This document shows, in pieces, positions 19,263 through 29,229 of a stretch of 64,000 bases of DNA (position 1 is the stretch's first letter; every line of letters begins with the position of its first letter). The notes under the pieces are model-generated. The model saw nothing but the letters and a program-made list of their open reading frames with translations, was not told where the DNA came from and did not search any database. Both the position numbers and the translations under genes were made by a program. This DNA is from Myxococcota bacterium (GTDB lineage Bacteria; Myxococcota_A; UBA9160; UBA4427), in the NCBI GenBank assembly GCA_045106235.1, contig JBGCEJ010000021.1, forward strand, positions 20,893-84,892, given 5' to 3'.

Positions 19263-21761
19263 CTAACTCAGCGCCCCGGCCGCGGCGATCTCCGAGATTT
19301 CATCGTCGCTGTAGCCGAGAATTTCCTTCATGACTTCGAAGGTATGCTCGCCAATCAGCGGTCCAGCTCGTCGAGGTTTCGAAGGTGTCGCGGAGAACGT
19401 TGTGACAGGGCCATCGAACGTCGACTTGCCAAAGCCGCCATGTTCGAGTTCGATGAAGAAGCCGCGATCCTTGAGCTGCGGATTGTCGTGGTAATCCGTC
19501 GCGCGAAGCGGCGGGTAGGCGGGCACGCCGGCCCGGCAGAGCCGGTCCGCGCCGTCGAAACAATCCTGGTCAGCAACCCAGGCCTTGATCACGGCGTCGA
19601 TCTCGTCTCGCCGCGAGAGGCGAACGTCCACCGACTCCATCTCGTCGCCCCCGAGTTTGCCGAGCTCAGGAATCACGCCGCAGAGCGCCCGCCATTGTTC
19701 GGCGGTACGCGCCTCGATGGCGATATACCGCTCCTTGCCGTTCGCGGGATAGACGCCGTGGGGGCAGCCCCATTCGGAATCATGCCCCGGCTGTTGAAGT
19801 ACGCGGCCGTTCAGCTGGTAGTCGAGGATCGCGGGCGCGAGGTAGTGAATCCCGGTCTCAATTTGGGAGACATCGATCAGCTGACCTTCCCCGGTTTTGT
19901 CGCGATGATGCAGGGCGGCGCAGAGTGCGGCCTGGGCATAGCGCGGGGAGATGAAGTCCGTGTAGGCGCCCCAAGGTGAGGTCGGCTTGCGGTCGGGCCA
20001 GCCCGTGATGCCGGTAAAGCCGCCGAGAGCGGAGCCATGGATGCCGAAGCCCGTATGCTTTCGTTCGGGCCCCGTTTGGCCGCGCATGCAGCTGTAGAGC
20101 ATGACGATCTTCGGATTGATCGCGCGCAGCTGTTCGTAGCCGAGTCCGAGGCGCTCGGCGGTGCCGGGCGTAAAATTCTCGATCACGACATCAGCCCATT
20201 CGACCATCTTGTGGGCGACCGCGAGACCTTCAGGCTTCGTGAAGTCGATGGCGATGCCGAGCTTTGACTGATTCATGTTGGCAGCGGAATGGCCCGTCGT
20301 CGTGCCCGGGTCGCCGATCCACGGCGGGATGAAGCGAAGGGTATCGACGCGGCTTTCGGTCTCGACGCGGAGGACGGTGGCGCCGAGGTTCGCAAGGTCC
20401 TTGCTAATCAGCGGGCCGGCGGCGATCCAGGAGAAGTCGGCGACTTTCAGGCCTTCGAAGATCTCCTTGCGTGGGGCGGGTTGGGCGACCGTCGGCGGGG
20501 AAGGGCGTTTCGCGAGAGATTCCGCAGAGTCGATGAGGGCCTGATCCTCGCCGAGCCTGGGTGCGCCGCCTTCGTAGACGATGGGCGTCTCGGAAAGGCC
20601 AGCGAAGGGGCCGGGGAGTTTCTGCCCGTCGATATCGACCCAGAAATCACGCGCTTTCAGCTGAACGTCTTCGAGGAGGTCAGAGGCGAGATAGACCGGC
20701 GAGATCAGCCATTTCTGGCGGACGGCCTCGGCCTGGACTTCCGCTTTGGTCATGGTCTTGAGATGCGCTTTGAACTGCTCGACGCCGCGGAGTGCGGTCT
20801 CGAGTTCCATCTTGCCTTCTTGGAGTTGCTGGATCCAGGTCATCCAGTCGACTTCCATCAGGTCTGCATCGAGCCCACCTTGTTCGCCGATCCAGTTCAT
20901 CGCGGCGTTAAAGCCGAAGGCGCCCTGGGCACCTAACACGAGAACGATGGCGAGGTAGCCGTCTTTGCATTCTTCGATGACCGGGAGATCGAGGCCCGGG
21001 AATACGGGCATGCTGCCCGTTCGATTCGCGCGGTCTTCGCCGGATTGCGGCGCGTTCTGGCCTATGGCGGCAAAGCCCGTGACGTACATCAGGCTCCAGA
21101 GCACAGCGGCCTGAATGGATGAGTCGAGATGCTGTCCCTCGCCAGACCGGTTGCGCGAGTAGAGCGCCATCAGCACATCCGCCGCAGCCTGGGTTCCGCC
21201 GAGATGTGCGGTTTCCGGGAGGCCGACGGGGAGAGGCGGTCGATTGCCGTCGCCGTTCATGTTCAGGAAGCCACCGGCGGCGCAGACCGTGAGATCCGTC
21301 GCGGGGTACTGCGCGTGGGGGCCCGTCTGGCCATAAGCGGAGACGGAGACGTAGAGGAGCATCGGATTCAGCGCTCGAAGCGCATCGGCACCGAGTCCGC
21401 GTGCTTCCATTTCCCCGGGCATCGCGGACTCGATCAAGATGTCCGCGGTCTCGACCAAGGCTAGGAAACGGGCGCGATCCGTCTCGTCTTCGAGATCGAG
21501 GACGACGCTCTTCTTGCCCCGCCCCCAGGATCGCCAGAACAAGGACTGTTCGGGATCTCCGTCGGGCGCTTCGGGCCTGGGCTTCACCGCCGTCGGCGGC
21601 GAAGCAAAAGGCGGGGCGAAGCGCGCATCACAGCCGCCCGGAGGCTCGATCTTAATCACTTCGGCGCCTAGGTCCGCGAGGACGCGACCTGTGGCTTCAC
21701 CGAGAGCGGTGGAAAGATCAAGAACCCGGATGTCTTCGAGCGCGCTCACCCTCTCGCTCAT
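19263..21761 (-). CDS. tandem-fused family III CoA-transferase (two CaiB/BaiF-like halves)
   Basis: 832 aa. Both halves start with the family III signature: 'IRVLDLSTALGEATGRVLADLGAEVIKIEPPGG' and 'LKVADFSWIAAGPLISKDLANLGATVLRVE'. Confidence 0.85.
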   Translation of the reverse strand: MSERVSALEDIRVLDLSTALGEATGRVLADLGAEVIKIEPPGGCDARFAPPFASPPTAVKPRPEAPDGDPEQSLFWRSWGRGKKSVVLDLEDETDRARFLALVETADILIESAMPGEMEARGLGADALRALNPMLLYVSVSAYGQTGPHAQYPATDLTVCAAGGFLNMNGDGNRPPLPVGLPETAHLGGTQAAADVLMALYSRNRSGEGQHLDSSIQAAVLWSLMYVTGFAAIGQNAPQSGEDRANRTGSMPVFPGLDLPVIEECKDGYLAIVLVLGAQGAFGFNAAMNWIGEQGGLDADLMEVDWMTWIQQLQEGKMELETALRGVEQFKAHLKTMTKAEVQAEAVRQKWLISPVYLASDLLEDVQLKARDFWVDIDGQKLPGPFAGLSETPIVYEGGAPRLGEDQALIDSAESLAKRPSPPTVAQPAPRKEIFEGLKVADFSWIAAGPLISKDLANLGATVLRVETESRVDTLRFIPPWIGDPGTTTGHSAANMNQSKLGIAIDFTKPEGLAVAHKMVEWADVVIENFTPGTAERLGLGYEQLRAINPKIVMLYSCMRGQTGPERKHTGFGIHGSALGGFTGITGWPDRKPTSPWGAYTDFISPRYAQAALCAALHHRDKTGEGQLIDVSQIETGIHYLAPAILDYQLNGRVLQQPGHDSEWGCPHGVYPANGKERYIAIEARTAEQWRALCGVIPELGKLGGDEMESVDVRLSRRDEIDAVIKAWVADQDCFDGADRLCRAGVPAYPPLRATDYHDNPQLKDRGFFIELEHGGFGKSTFDGPVTTFSATPSKPRRAGPLIGEHTFEVMKEILGYSDDEISEIAAAGALS

Positions 21762-22951
21762 GCCGGCTTCAGCTCGTTCAGCTCGCGGGTATTATCGCGA
21801 AGGATTCGGAGCTTTTTGGCATCATCGAATTTATGCAGCTCGTCGACGTAGTCGAGCGGGGTCGGCATGCCTTCGATATGCGGCCAATCGGATCCGAAGA
21901 TCACGCGGTCGGCGCCCATGAAATGCTCCACTTCATAGACATCGTCTTCCCAGAAGGGGTTGATCCAGACATGCTCCTTGAAGAGCAGGCCCGGGTCTTC
22001 CTTGTAGTAGTTGGTGATGGCGAGGCGATCCCGCGACTGCTTCAGCTTGCGGAAGAGGTCCGCGAGGAACTCCGCGCCGTTTTCAACCGAGGCGATACGC
22101 ACGCCTGGGTGTCGCTCGAAAAGCCGTTCGAACGCGCATGTGATCAGGAAGTCGTAGGCGGCGCGCTCGATATTGAAATGCTTCACGTTGGGGGAAATCG
22201 CGGCTTCGGCGGCGTCTGCCGTAAAGCCGTCCTGGACGTAGCCGTGCGTGGTGTAGCCCGAGTCCGACGCATGAATCACGACGGTGATGCCCGCTTCGCT
22301 GACGCGTGCCCAGAAAGGGTCAAACTTGGGATGTGCAGGGGAGAAAACGCCGTCCGCTGTATGGATCGCCGAGGGGCGCATGCAAACGACGCGGGCCCCT
22401 TCCGCGAGAGCCCATTCGAGTTCGGAACATGCGAAGTCGACGTCGGTGAGGGTGATATAGGGCGCGCCAAAAATACGGTTCTTGTATGCGACGCCCCAGT
22501 CTTCATTCAGCCAGCGGTTGAAGGCATGGAACTGAACCTTGACCGCTTCGATATCGTTCTTCAGCAGCTCTTCGTAGAGCACGCCTAACGTCGGGAAGAG
22601 CCACATCGCCTCGATGCCCTGCTGGTCCATCTTCTGGATCCGGGCTTCGTTATGCATGTAGTAGTCGGGCAGAGGTTCGCGCTCCTTGAGCGCGTTCATC
22701 ATGTTCGTGCCGTTCGGGTTGCCGCGGAGGAAATCCGAGATGGCACCGGGCATCGCGATCGGATCCCAGGTCGGGTTCTTGACTGCGTGTGCGAGTTTGC
22801 CGCCGACGACGTGATGCTGTCGCCCGTTGATCTCGGCCCACTGGACGCAGCGCGCCTGCATGTTCTTCGGGACGTGGCGAGTAAAGGCGTCGAGCGCCTC
22901 GTAGTAGTGGTTGTCGGCGTCAAAAGGTGCGTAGCCCAGGTCGTGACTCAT
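21758..22951 (-). CDS. amidohydrolase-2 (ACMSD-like) family metal-dependent hydrolase
   Basis: 397 aa. 'PFDADNHYYE' near the N-terminus and 'VIFGSDWPHIEG' near the C-terminus are typical of amidohydrolase_2 proteins. 4-nt overlap with the CoA-transferase start. Confidence 0.8.
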   Translation of the reverse strand: MSHDLGYAPFDADNHYYEALDAFTRHVPKNMQARCVQWAEINGRQHHVVGGKLAHAVKNPTWDPIAMPGAISDFLRGNPNGTNMMNALKEREPLPDYYMHNEARIQKMDQQGIEAMWLFPTLGVLYEELLKNDIEAVKVQFHAFNRWLNEDWGVAYKNRIFGAPYITLTDVDFACSELEWALAEGARVVCMRPSAIHTADGVFSPAHPKFDPFWARVSEAGITVVIHASDSGYTTHGYVQDGFTADAAEAAISPNVKHFNIERAAYDFLITCAFERLFERHPGVRIASVENGAEFLADLFRKLKQSRDRLAITNYYKEDPGLLFKEHVWINPFWEDDVYEVEHFMGADRVIFGSDWPHIEGMPTPLDYVDELHKFDDAKKLRILRDNTRELNELKPA

Positions 22952-23038
22952 GGTGGTTCTCCTCTGAATTTCGAACCGGGAGTTTAGCGAGTTTTGGGGG
23001 TCGGTGGTGCGTCGCTTTGGCGTCGTCCGTTGGGGAGA

Positions 23039-23290
23039 TCAGCCCGCAGGCGAGGAGAGGTTCGTGGGCAGGGCAGGCGCAATTTCGGAGAAGGCGCGGC
23101 CGACGAGTTCCTGGGCTGAATCCAGGCTCAGCTGCCGGAGGATTTCCCCGATCGCGGGGCCGTCCAGGGGGAGTTGGGATTCCGCGCCGTTCGGAAATCG
23201 CAGGCCGAGGACGACGAGGCCGTCGGAATCGTGGGCCACGTCGAGGCGGACACTCTCAACCCAGGTTTCGGGGCGGCCTTGCGATTTCAT
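23039..23290 (-). CDS. hypothetical small protein (83 aa)
   Basis: This is the 3' 252 nt of track ORF 23039..23968. The ATG at 23290 lies 5 nt after the stop of the preceding small ORF. Third-position GC is high. Translation: MKSQGRPETWVESVRLDVAHDSDGLVVLGLRFPNGAESQLPLDGPAIGEILRQL... No family recognised. Confidence 0.5.
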   Translation of the reverse strand: MKSQGRPETWVESVRLDVAHDSDGLVVLGLRFPNGAESQLPLDGPAIGEILRQLSLDSAQELVGRAFSEIAPALPTNLSSPAG

Positions 23291-23295
23291 CGGGC

Positions 23296-23523
23296 TTAGC
23301 TGGCGAGGTCCGGCATGGGCGGATCGACGAAGACAATATCCGTCGGCGTGAGCGTGATCGACGGCGGCCGCATGGCGAGGTGGAGATTCCAACTCTGCAG
23401 AGTGGGGATATCGATGGCCTGAGTCGTTTGCTCGCTCGCTCGCTGGGCAAGGGATTCCCAGCTTTCGTTGGCGTCGGGCATGAAGTAGCGGCGAATCGGC
23501 GGGGGTGCGTCTGGCTGGCTCAT
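23296..23523 (-). CDS. hypothetical small protein (75 aa), weak LysM/gpX-like pattern
   Basis: Track ORF 23296..23523. ATGA overlap with the D-aminoacylase stop and high GC3. 'RRYFMPDANESWESLAQRA...IPTLQSWN...LTPTDIVFVDPP' loosely follows a LysM-like pattern (weak, by eye). Confidence 0.55.
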   Translation of the reverse strand: MSQPDAPPPIRRYFMPDANESWESLAQRASEQTTQAIDIPTLQSWNLHLAMRPPSITLTPTDIVFVDPPMPDLAS

Positions 23524-25235
23524 GCTTTTCCTCCTTCGGCGATCTGTCCGCGTCGCGCGTTGCTATATCCGTCCGCTTCGGAGTAGGCCGACGCGCCGCC
23601 GACAAAGACGTGTTGAATGCCCTGGGCGCGTCGAATGAACCGAAAACTCTCGCCGTTATCGGGGAGGTCGAACGCGAGTTCCTCAGGGCCTCGATCAATC
23701 GTATCGGGATCGAAGACGACGAGGTCTGCGTCGTAGCCCGAGGCGATCTGCCCCTTGTCTCGAAGGCCCCATGCATTCGCGATATCCGAGGTGAGGCGCT
23801 GGACGGCGCGTTCCAAGGGCAGCGCGCCGTGTTCCCGAACGAAGCGAGAGAAGAGGTGGCCTGTGTCGCCATAAGTCGCAAACCGCGCAACATGGGCGCC
23901 GCCGTCTCCTGAACCGATTTGGATCTGGGGGTGGTCGAGGGTGGGGCCGATCTTCTTCTCGTCCGCATGACCGAGGTTCGTTGCGGTAAATCGGGCGCTG
24001 AGATTCTCCTGTAGAGAAATGTCCATCAGGACTTCAGCGGGATGCTGGCCACGCTCCGCGGCGATTTCGCGCAAGGTTCGTCCGACATCGTCTCGGGATT
24101 CCCCTGTGGCTGCGGATAGCCGGGTGTCCGCGAGATGAAAAGAAAGGGCGAGGGGCATCTGGTCGGTTTCGGTTTCCGCCGCCAGGACCGCTCGGGTCGC
24201 GCTGTCTGAAAATGCCTTTCGGATCGCGTCCGGGCCCTGCATCAGGGTTCCCACCCAGGTGGGCATCGCCGTGAACACCGCACTTGGGATGCTCAAGTCG
24301 AAGGTCATATCGACGGGACGCGTTTGCATCTGCGCGGTCAGCCGTGCACCGCGGGCGGCATGGAGCTCCAGCCGCTCGATCACACGTTCGACGAGATGCG
24401 GGGTTGAGGCGCTTTCGAAGAGCGGCGAGAAGGTGACGGGAATTTGATGCCGGAGTGAGAGGTCCGCGAGCAGATCGATCCGAGTGCAAAGCAGGTCGGC
24501 ATCCCAGAATTCGGGCAGCACCTGAAGGGGGCGATCGCGTTCGCCGAGGACCGCCGCGAGCGCGTGCAGCTCTTCGAGTGTGCCGAGGCGGCAAGGCACG
24601 GGGCGGAACTCGTGATCGATATCCGAGAAGCTCGTGCTCATCCCAAGCGCGCCGCCATCGAGGGACTCGCGAAGCAGGTCGCATAGGCTCCGAACTTCTT
24701 CGGCCGTGGAAGGCCGTTCGCGACTCTCGTAGCCCAGGACCCAAAGGCGGAGCAGGCTATGCCCCACAAGCGGCGCGACGTTCAGCCCGAGCTCAGGCTG
24801 AATCGTTTCAACGTACTCGCCGAAGCTCTCCCAGGTCCAGCGCAGGCCAGCGTCAAAGGCACTCTTGGGCATCTCTTCGATCTGCCGGAAGACCGCGCCG
24901 AGGAACTCGCGATGCTCACGCTTGAGGGGCGCGAGGGAGAGCGAGCAGTTTCCCGGGATGATCGTCGTGACGCCGTGTTCGAGAGAGGGTTTGGCCATGC
25001 CGTCCCAGGTGAGCTGGGCGTCGAAATGGGTGTGGGGGTCGATGAATCCGGGGGCGATCGCTGCGCCGCCGACGTCAATCGTTTCTCGGGCTTCGCCGAG
25101 GGGCGTCGACTGCACCGCATCGGTTTGAGGCGCGACGGCCTTGATCTTTCCCTTATCGATCGCGACGGACCCATGCATGGGGGGCGATCCGGTTCCATCG
25201 CAGATCAGGCCGTTCGTCAGAATAAGATCGTGCAT
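23520..25235 (-). CDS. N-acyl-D-amino-acid deacylase (D-aminoacylase) family amidohydrolase
   Basis: ORF 23520..25304. Start at ATG 25235 (MHDLILTNGLICDGTG). 'PGFIDPHTHFD' and 'GVTTIIPGNCSLS' are family motifs. Confidence 0.85.
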   Translation of the reverse strand: MHDLILTNGLICDGTGSPPMHGSVAIDKGKIKAVAPQTDAVQSTPLGEARETIDVGGAAIAPGFIDPHTHFDAQLTWDGMAKPSLEHGVTTIIPGNCSLSLAPLKREHREFLGAVFRQIEEMPKSAFDAGLRWTWESFGEYVETIQPELGLNVAPLVGHSLLRLWVLGYESRERPSTAEEVRSLCDLLRESLDGGALGMSTSFSDIDHEFRPVPCRLGTLEELHALAAVLGERDRPLQVLPEFWDADLLCTRIDLLADLSLRHQIPVTFSPLFESASTPHLVERVIERLELHAARGARLTAQMQTRPVDMTFDLSIPSAVFTAMPTWVGTLMQGPDAIRKAFSDSATRAVLAAETETDQMPLALSFHLADTRLSAATGESRDDVGRTLREIAAERGQHPAEVLMDISLQENLSARFTATNLGHADEKKIGPTLDHPQIQIGSGDGGAHVARFATYGDTGHLFSRFVREHGALPLERAVQRLTSDIANAWGLRDKGQIASGYDADLVVFDPDTIDRGPEELAFDLPDNGESFRFIRRAQGIQHVFVGGASAYSEADGYSNARRGQIAEGGKA

Positions 25236-25440
25236 CGCAAGCGTCCTCCGTTTCGAAAGTATGCCCCATCTAGAAGGGGGCGGTATGGGGGGAACGGGAG
25301 CCAAGAGGCGGGCTCAGTGCCCACTCTCCGCGCCGCGTCCCGGAGAGATCGCGTTTTGCGCGGTGGGAGAGGGCGCGCGATCATCTGGCCCGGCCCGGCC
25401 CGGCTCGGCTCGGGATGGGCCTAAAGCTAAGGAGACCTCT

Positions 25441-26337
25441 TTGCAAAAGCTGATCATCGATGCGCGACTGAACGAGTACACGATGCGGGATCCGAACCCG
25501 AATGTGCCTTTTTCAGCCGGGGAGATTGCCCAGGATGCGGCGGCCTGTCGCGAAGCGGGTGCTTCGATCGTTCACTATCACGCGCGGGAGCCAGAGTCTG
25601 GTGTGCCTTCGACCTCCGCGGAGGATTATGCGGCGGTGGCCAAAGCGATTCGTGCCGCGTGCGATGCGATCATCATGCCGACCCTCGGCGCGAATACCGT
25701 GCCGGATTTGGATGAGCGCTTCTCGCATATCGAATCGATGGCGAAGGATGAAGCGACCCGCGCGGATATGGTGCCGCTGGATATGGCGAGCCTTTCGCTG
25801 GCCATTTGGCGCCCTGGGCAGGGCGCGGTGGCGGGCGATGACCTCGTTTACCACAACTCGGTCGGCGCTCTAAAGACGTTGGCGGCTCGGGCTCGGGCAG
25901 TGGATGCGCTCGTCATGGCGGCGATTTGGAATGTGGGGTCGCTCCGTCTGCTCGAAGCGTTTGTGGAGACGGGGGTTTTTCCGAAAACCGTTTTCGCAGA
26001 GCTCTTCACAACGGAAGGGGGTCTGATTGCAGGGCATCCGGGCACGCTTGCGGGATTGCAGGCGCTGATCGATTTCGTGCCGAAGGGAATGAACTGCGTT
26101 TGGGCCGCGGCTTGCTACGGCGATAATGCGCTGCCGCTGGCCGAGTCCGCGATCGTGCAGGGTGGTCATGTCGCCATCGGTCTCGGGGATTATGCCTATC
26201 CAGAGCTTCGCTCAGGTGCCGCGTCGGATTGGCCGACGAATGCCGAGGTGATCGCCGCCGTGGTCGAGATAGCCCGGAAACATGGCCGTGAGATCGCGAC
26301 GCCCGATGAAGCGCGTGCGATGCTCATGCAGGACTGA
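25441..26337 (+). CDS. 3-keto-5-aminohexanoate cleavage enzyme family (BKACE, DUF849)
   Basis: Track ORF 25141..26337, whose N-terminal 100 aa are low-complexity. Start set at TTG 25441, 5 nt after GGAGA. 'VPFSAGEIAQDAAACREAGASIVHYHAREPESG' is the BKACE pattern. Confidence 0.75.
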   Translation: MQKLIIDARLNEYTMRDPNPNVPFSAGEIAQDAAACREAGASIVHYHAREPESGVPSTSAEDYAAVAKAIRAACDAIIMPTLGANTVPDLDERFSHIESMAKDEATRADMVPLDMASLSLAIWRPGQGAVAGDDLVYHNSVGALKTLAARARAVDALVMAAIWNVGSLRLLEAFVETGVFPKTVFAELFTTEGGLIAGHPGTLAGLQALIDFVPKGMNCVWAAACYGDNALPLAESAIVQGGHVAIGLGDYAYPELRSGAASDWPTNAEVIAAVVEIARKHGREIATPDEARAMLMQD

Positions 26338-26352
26338 GGACCAGGATTCTGA

Positions 26353-27183
26353 ATGCCGATTGCGAAGCTCGACGGAATTGATCTCTACTATGAACAGGGC
26401 GGGGCCGGGGCGCGGCTGCTTTTCCTGAATGGGACGGGCGGGGATCTCCGCCAGAAGCCGAGCCTAATCGAGGGGCCTTTGGCCGCGGAATTCGAGATTC
26501 TGGCCCATGATCAGCGAGGCCTTGGTCAAAGTGGGAAGCCGGATCGGCCCTACTCGATGGCCAACTATGCCGACGATGCCGCGGCGCTATTGGATCACGT
26601 GGGTTGGGATCGCTGCCATGTCTTCGGCGTTTCCTTCGGCGGGATGGTGGGACAGGAGCTCGCTCTCCGTCATCCGGACCGAATCGAGCGGTTGGTTCTT
26701 TGCTGCACTTCAAGCGGCGGCGCGGGAGGCGCTTCCTATCCGCTGCATGAACTGCAGGGGCTCCCGCCAAAGGAACATGCGCGGCGTGTACTGGAGCTTG
26801 GGGATCAGCGCTGGGCGGAGGGGGCCGCGGGGCGAACGCCCGCGCGCTTCGAGAAGATGGTCGAGTTCATGATGAGTCGGTTTACGGAAGAGGCGCCGGC
26901 GGAAGAGCGCGCGGCGACTGAGGTTGGCGCCCGGCGGCAGCTCGAGGCAAGGCTCGGTCATGATACTTGGGACCGACTCGCTGAGATCGGTACGCCGACG
27001 CTGTTATGCGGCGGTCGATATGACGGAATCTCGCCGCCCGCCAATATGGAGAACCTTCATAGTCGCCTGCCTCAGTCGGAACTCGAGTTCTTCGACGGTG
27101 GGCATATGTTCTTGCTGGAAGATCGCGCGGCGTTTCGGCGGGTGATTGCGTTTTTAAACGGCGATTCGGGCGGCCGCGATTGA
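26353..27183 (+). CDS. alpha/beta-fold hydrolase
   Basis: 276 aa. Nucleophile elbow 'GVSFGG', the 'HDQRGLGQS' pattern and a C-terminal 'GGHMF' His. Confidence 0.85.
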   Translation: MPIAKLDGIDLYYEQGGAGARLLFLNGTGGDLRQKPSLIEGPLAAEFEILAHDQRGLGQSGKPDRPYSMANYADDAAALLDHVGWDRCHVFGVSFGGMVGQELALRHPDRIERLVLCCTSSGGAGGASYPLHELQGLPPKEHARRVLELGDQRWAEGAAGRTPARFEKMVEFMMSRFTEEAPAEERAATEVGARRQLEARLGHDTWDRLAEIGTPTLLCGGRYDGISPPANMENLHSRLPQSELEFFDGGHMFLLEDRAAFRRVIAFLNGDSGGRD

Positions 27184-27193
27184 GCCACGGGTA

Positions 27194-28036
27194 TTAGGCT
27201 TGCTTCGGCGCGCGGTTGGTTGGATTTCGCTCTGAGGCGTATGCGGTTTCGGCGAGTTCGTCCACGCCGAGCACGCTCGCCGGGCTCTGCCCGTCTACAT
27301 GGCCTGAGATGCCCTTGTAGAGGGTGTAGCCGCAGAGCTCGAGCAGGCGCTCGGAGAAGCCTCGCTTGATTTCGTCGGGTACGCCGACGTATTGATTCTG
27401 CTGGGTTCGGATGAATCCCGCGCAGTACTGCACGTTGACGCCGACACGCCAGCTGTCTTGGCTGCGGTTTTCGCCAGAGCCATGCCAGAGGCCGCCGTGA
27501 AAGACGAGCACGCTGCCACGCGGCATCACGGCGGGGATGGAATCGTAGCTTCGGCTGTAGTCGGGGATATGGTCAAGCTTATGCGATCCGGGAACGAGTC
27601 GAGTGCCGCCGTTTTCTTCCGTGAAGTCCGTCAGCGCCCAGATGGTCGTGCAGACGAGGGGTGGATGAGGGCGCGGGATATTAATGACGAAATCGTCCGG
27701 ATGAAGCGGCTGAGGAACTTCGCCGGGCCCAAGGTCCATAGACGTCATCCCCGAGAGCAGGCAGTCGGGCTCGAGGACGCGCTCGACGAGAGGGAGGACC
27801 GCGTCGTGGACGGGCATCTTCTGAAATGCCGCACCCTTCGCGAGGAGATTGTAGGTGCGCAGCGTCTTGTAGCCTTCGAGGGTATTGCCCTTGGGCTTGG
27901 TGTCGACGCTGCCCTCGACGCGCTTGATCTCGCTGAGGAGCTCGTCCACGAGGTCGAGGTCGATCACGTTTTCGAGGATGGTGTATCCCTCAAGATCGAT
28001 TCGCTTGAGGTGGGCTTCGATTTCGGCTTCCAGCAT
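27194..28036 (-). CDS. phytanoyl-CoA dioxygenase (PhyH) family Fe(II)/2OG oxygenase
   Basis: ORF 27194..28063. Start at ATG 28036, 5 nt after GGGAGA. 'LHPDD', 'ALTDFTEENGGTRLVPGSH' and 'LWHGSGEN' are PhyH motifs. Confidence 0.85.
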   Translation of the reverse strand: MLEAEIEAHLKRIDLEGYTILENVIDLDLVDELLSEIKRVEGSVDTKPKGNTLEGYKTLRTYNLLAKGAAFQKMPVHDAVLPLVERVLEPDCLLSGMTSMDLGPGEVPQPLHPDDFVINIPRPHPPLVCTTIWALTDFTEENGGTRLVPGSHKLDHIPDYSRSYDSIPAVMPRGSVLVFHGGLWHGSGENRSQDSWRVGVNVQYCAGFIRTQQNQYVGVPDEIKRGFSERLLELCGYTLYKGISGHVDGQSPASVLGVDELAETAYASERNPTNRAPKQA

Positions 28037-28107
28037 GGCGATCTCCCGGCGAAGAGAAAGCATAGGGAATTGGGGCGCCGCGGCGAGCGTCCGGAGTAAG
28101 CCCCTTT

Positions 28108-29229
28108 CTAGGCCGTTTGGATCGCAGATTCCGGACGGATGTATTCGTAGCCATGCGCCTCGGCGACGGAGGGCTCTGTGACTTGCCCGCGCGCGATATT
28201 GAGCCCAGCCAGCAGGTGGGGATTCTTGGCCATCGCCGTCGGCGCCCCGTTTTCCGCGATTTCGAGAACGAAGGGGAGGGTTGCGTGGTTCAGCGCGTAG
28301 GTCGAAGTCTTCGGGACGGCGCCGGGCATATTGGCGACGCAGTAGTGGACGATGCCTTCGACTTGATAGGTCGGGTCTTCGTGGGTGGTGGCTCGCGAGG
28401 TCTCGAAGCAGCCGCCCTGATCGATGGCGACGTCGACGAGGACGGAACCTCGGCGCATCGCGTTGACATGGCCACGCGTGACCAACTTCGGCGCCGCAGC
28501 GCCGGGGACCAGAACCGCTCCGATCACGAGGTCGGCCCGAATGACCGCTTCATTCAAAGCGGAAGCGGTGGAATAGAGCGTTCGCAGTCCCGTTCCAAAG
28601 CGCTGGGAGAGGGCTTCGAGCACTTTCGGATTTCGGTCGAGGACGCTGACGTCCGCGCCCAGTCCAAGCGCCATCTGAACCGCATTGGCGCCGACAACGC
28701 CACCCCCTAACACGACGACCTTGGCCGGGGCGACACCCGGGACGCCGCCGAGGAGAAGGCCCGCTCCGCCTCTTGAGGACTCAAGACTCGCGGCGCCGGC
28801 CTGGATGGACATGCGTCCTGCGACTTGAGACATTGGAGCGAGGAGGGGGAGGGCGCCTGCGGCATCGGTGACGCTCTCATAGGCGATGCAGGTCGCGCCG
28901 CTCGCGACGAGGTCCTTGGTCTGCTCGGCGTCAGGCGCCAGATGGAGATAGGTGAAGAGGGTGTGGTCGGGGCGGAGTCGCGCGCGCTCAACGGCCTGAG
29001 GCTCTTTGACCTTAACGATCAGTTCGCTGGCTTCGAAGACATCTTCCGCGCGGGGCGCAATATGGGCGCCGGCCTGGCGATAATCGTCGTCACTTGCGCC
29101 GACGCCTATGCCGGCCTGCTTCTCGACGAGAATCTCATGTCCGGCCCGGCTTAGCTCATTCACGCTGTCGGGCGTGAGGCCGACGCGGAATTCCGCGTTC
29201 TTGATCTCTTTCGGAACTCCGATGCGCAT
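28108..29229 (-). CDS. ald: alanine dehydrogenase
   Basis: 373 aa. '[20 protein letters not shown]' and the 'VVLGGGVVG' NAD-binding site. Full-length Ald-like. Confidence 0.92.
   Translation of the reverse strand: MRIGVPKEIKNAEFRVGLTPDSVNELSRAGHEILVEKQAGIGVGASDDDYRQAGAHIAPRAEDVFEASELIVKVKEPQAVERARLRPDHTLFTYLHLAPDAEQTKDLVASGATCIAYESVTDAAGALPLLAPMSQVAGRMSIQAGAASLESSRGGAGLLLGGVPGVAPAKVVVLGGGVVGANAVQMALGLGADVSVLDRNPKVLEALSQRFGTGLRTLYSTASALNEAVIRADLVIGAVLVPGAAAPKLVTRGHVNAMRRGSVLVDVAIDQGGCFETSRATTHEDPTYQVEGIVHYCVANMPGAVPKTSTYALNHATLPFVLEIAENGAPTAMAKNPHLLAGLNIARGQVTEPSVAEAHGYEYIRPESAIQTA

Noticed and set aside
23291-23968. Upstream two-thirds of the 309-aa track ORF 23039..23968.
   Set aside because: It overlaps the D-aminoacylase and the 75-aa ORF in other frames, and its translation (RTRRRSAPPSTTPRSKS...) is low-complexity. 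Only the last 83 codons were kept as a candidate gene.
25141-25440. N-terminal 100 aa of track ORF 25141..26337 (extension of the BKACE gene).
   Set aside because: This stretch is Gly/Arg/Pro-rich, overlaps the divergent aminoacylase start region, and lies upstream of a good GGAGA-N5-TTG start that coincides with the beginning of BKACE homology.
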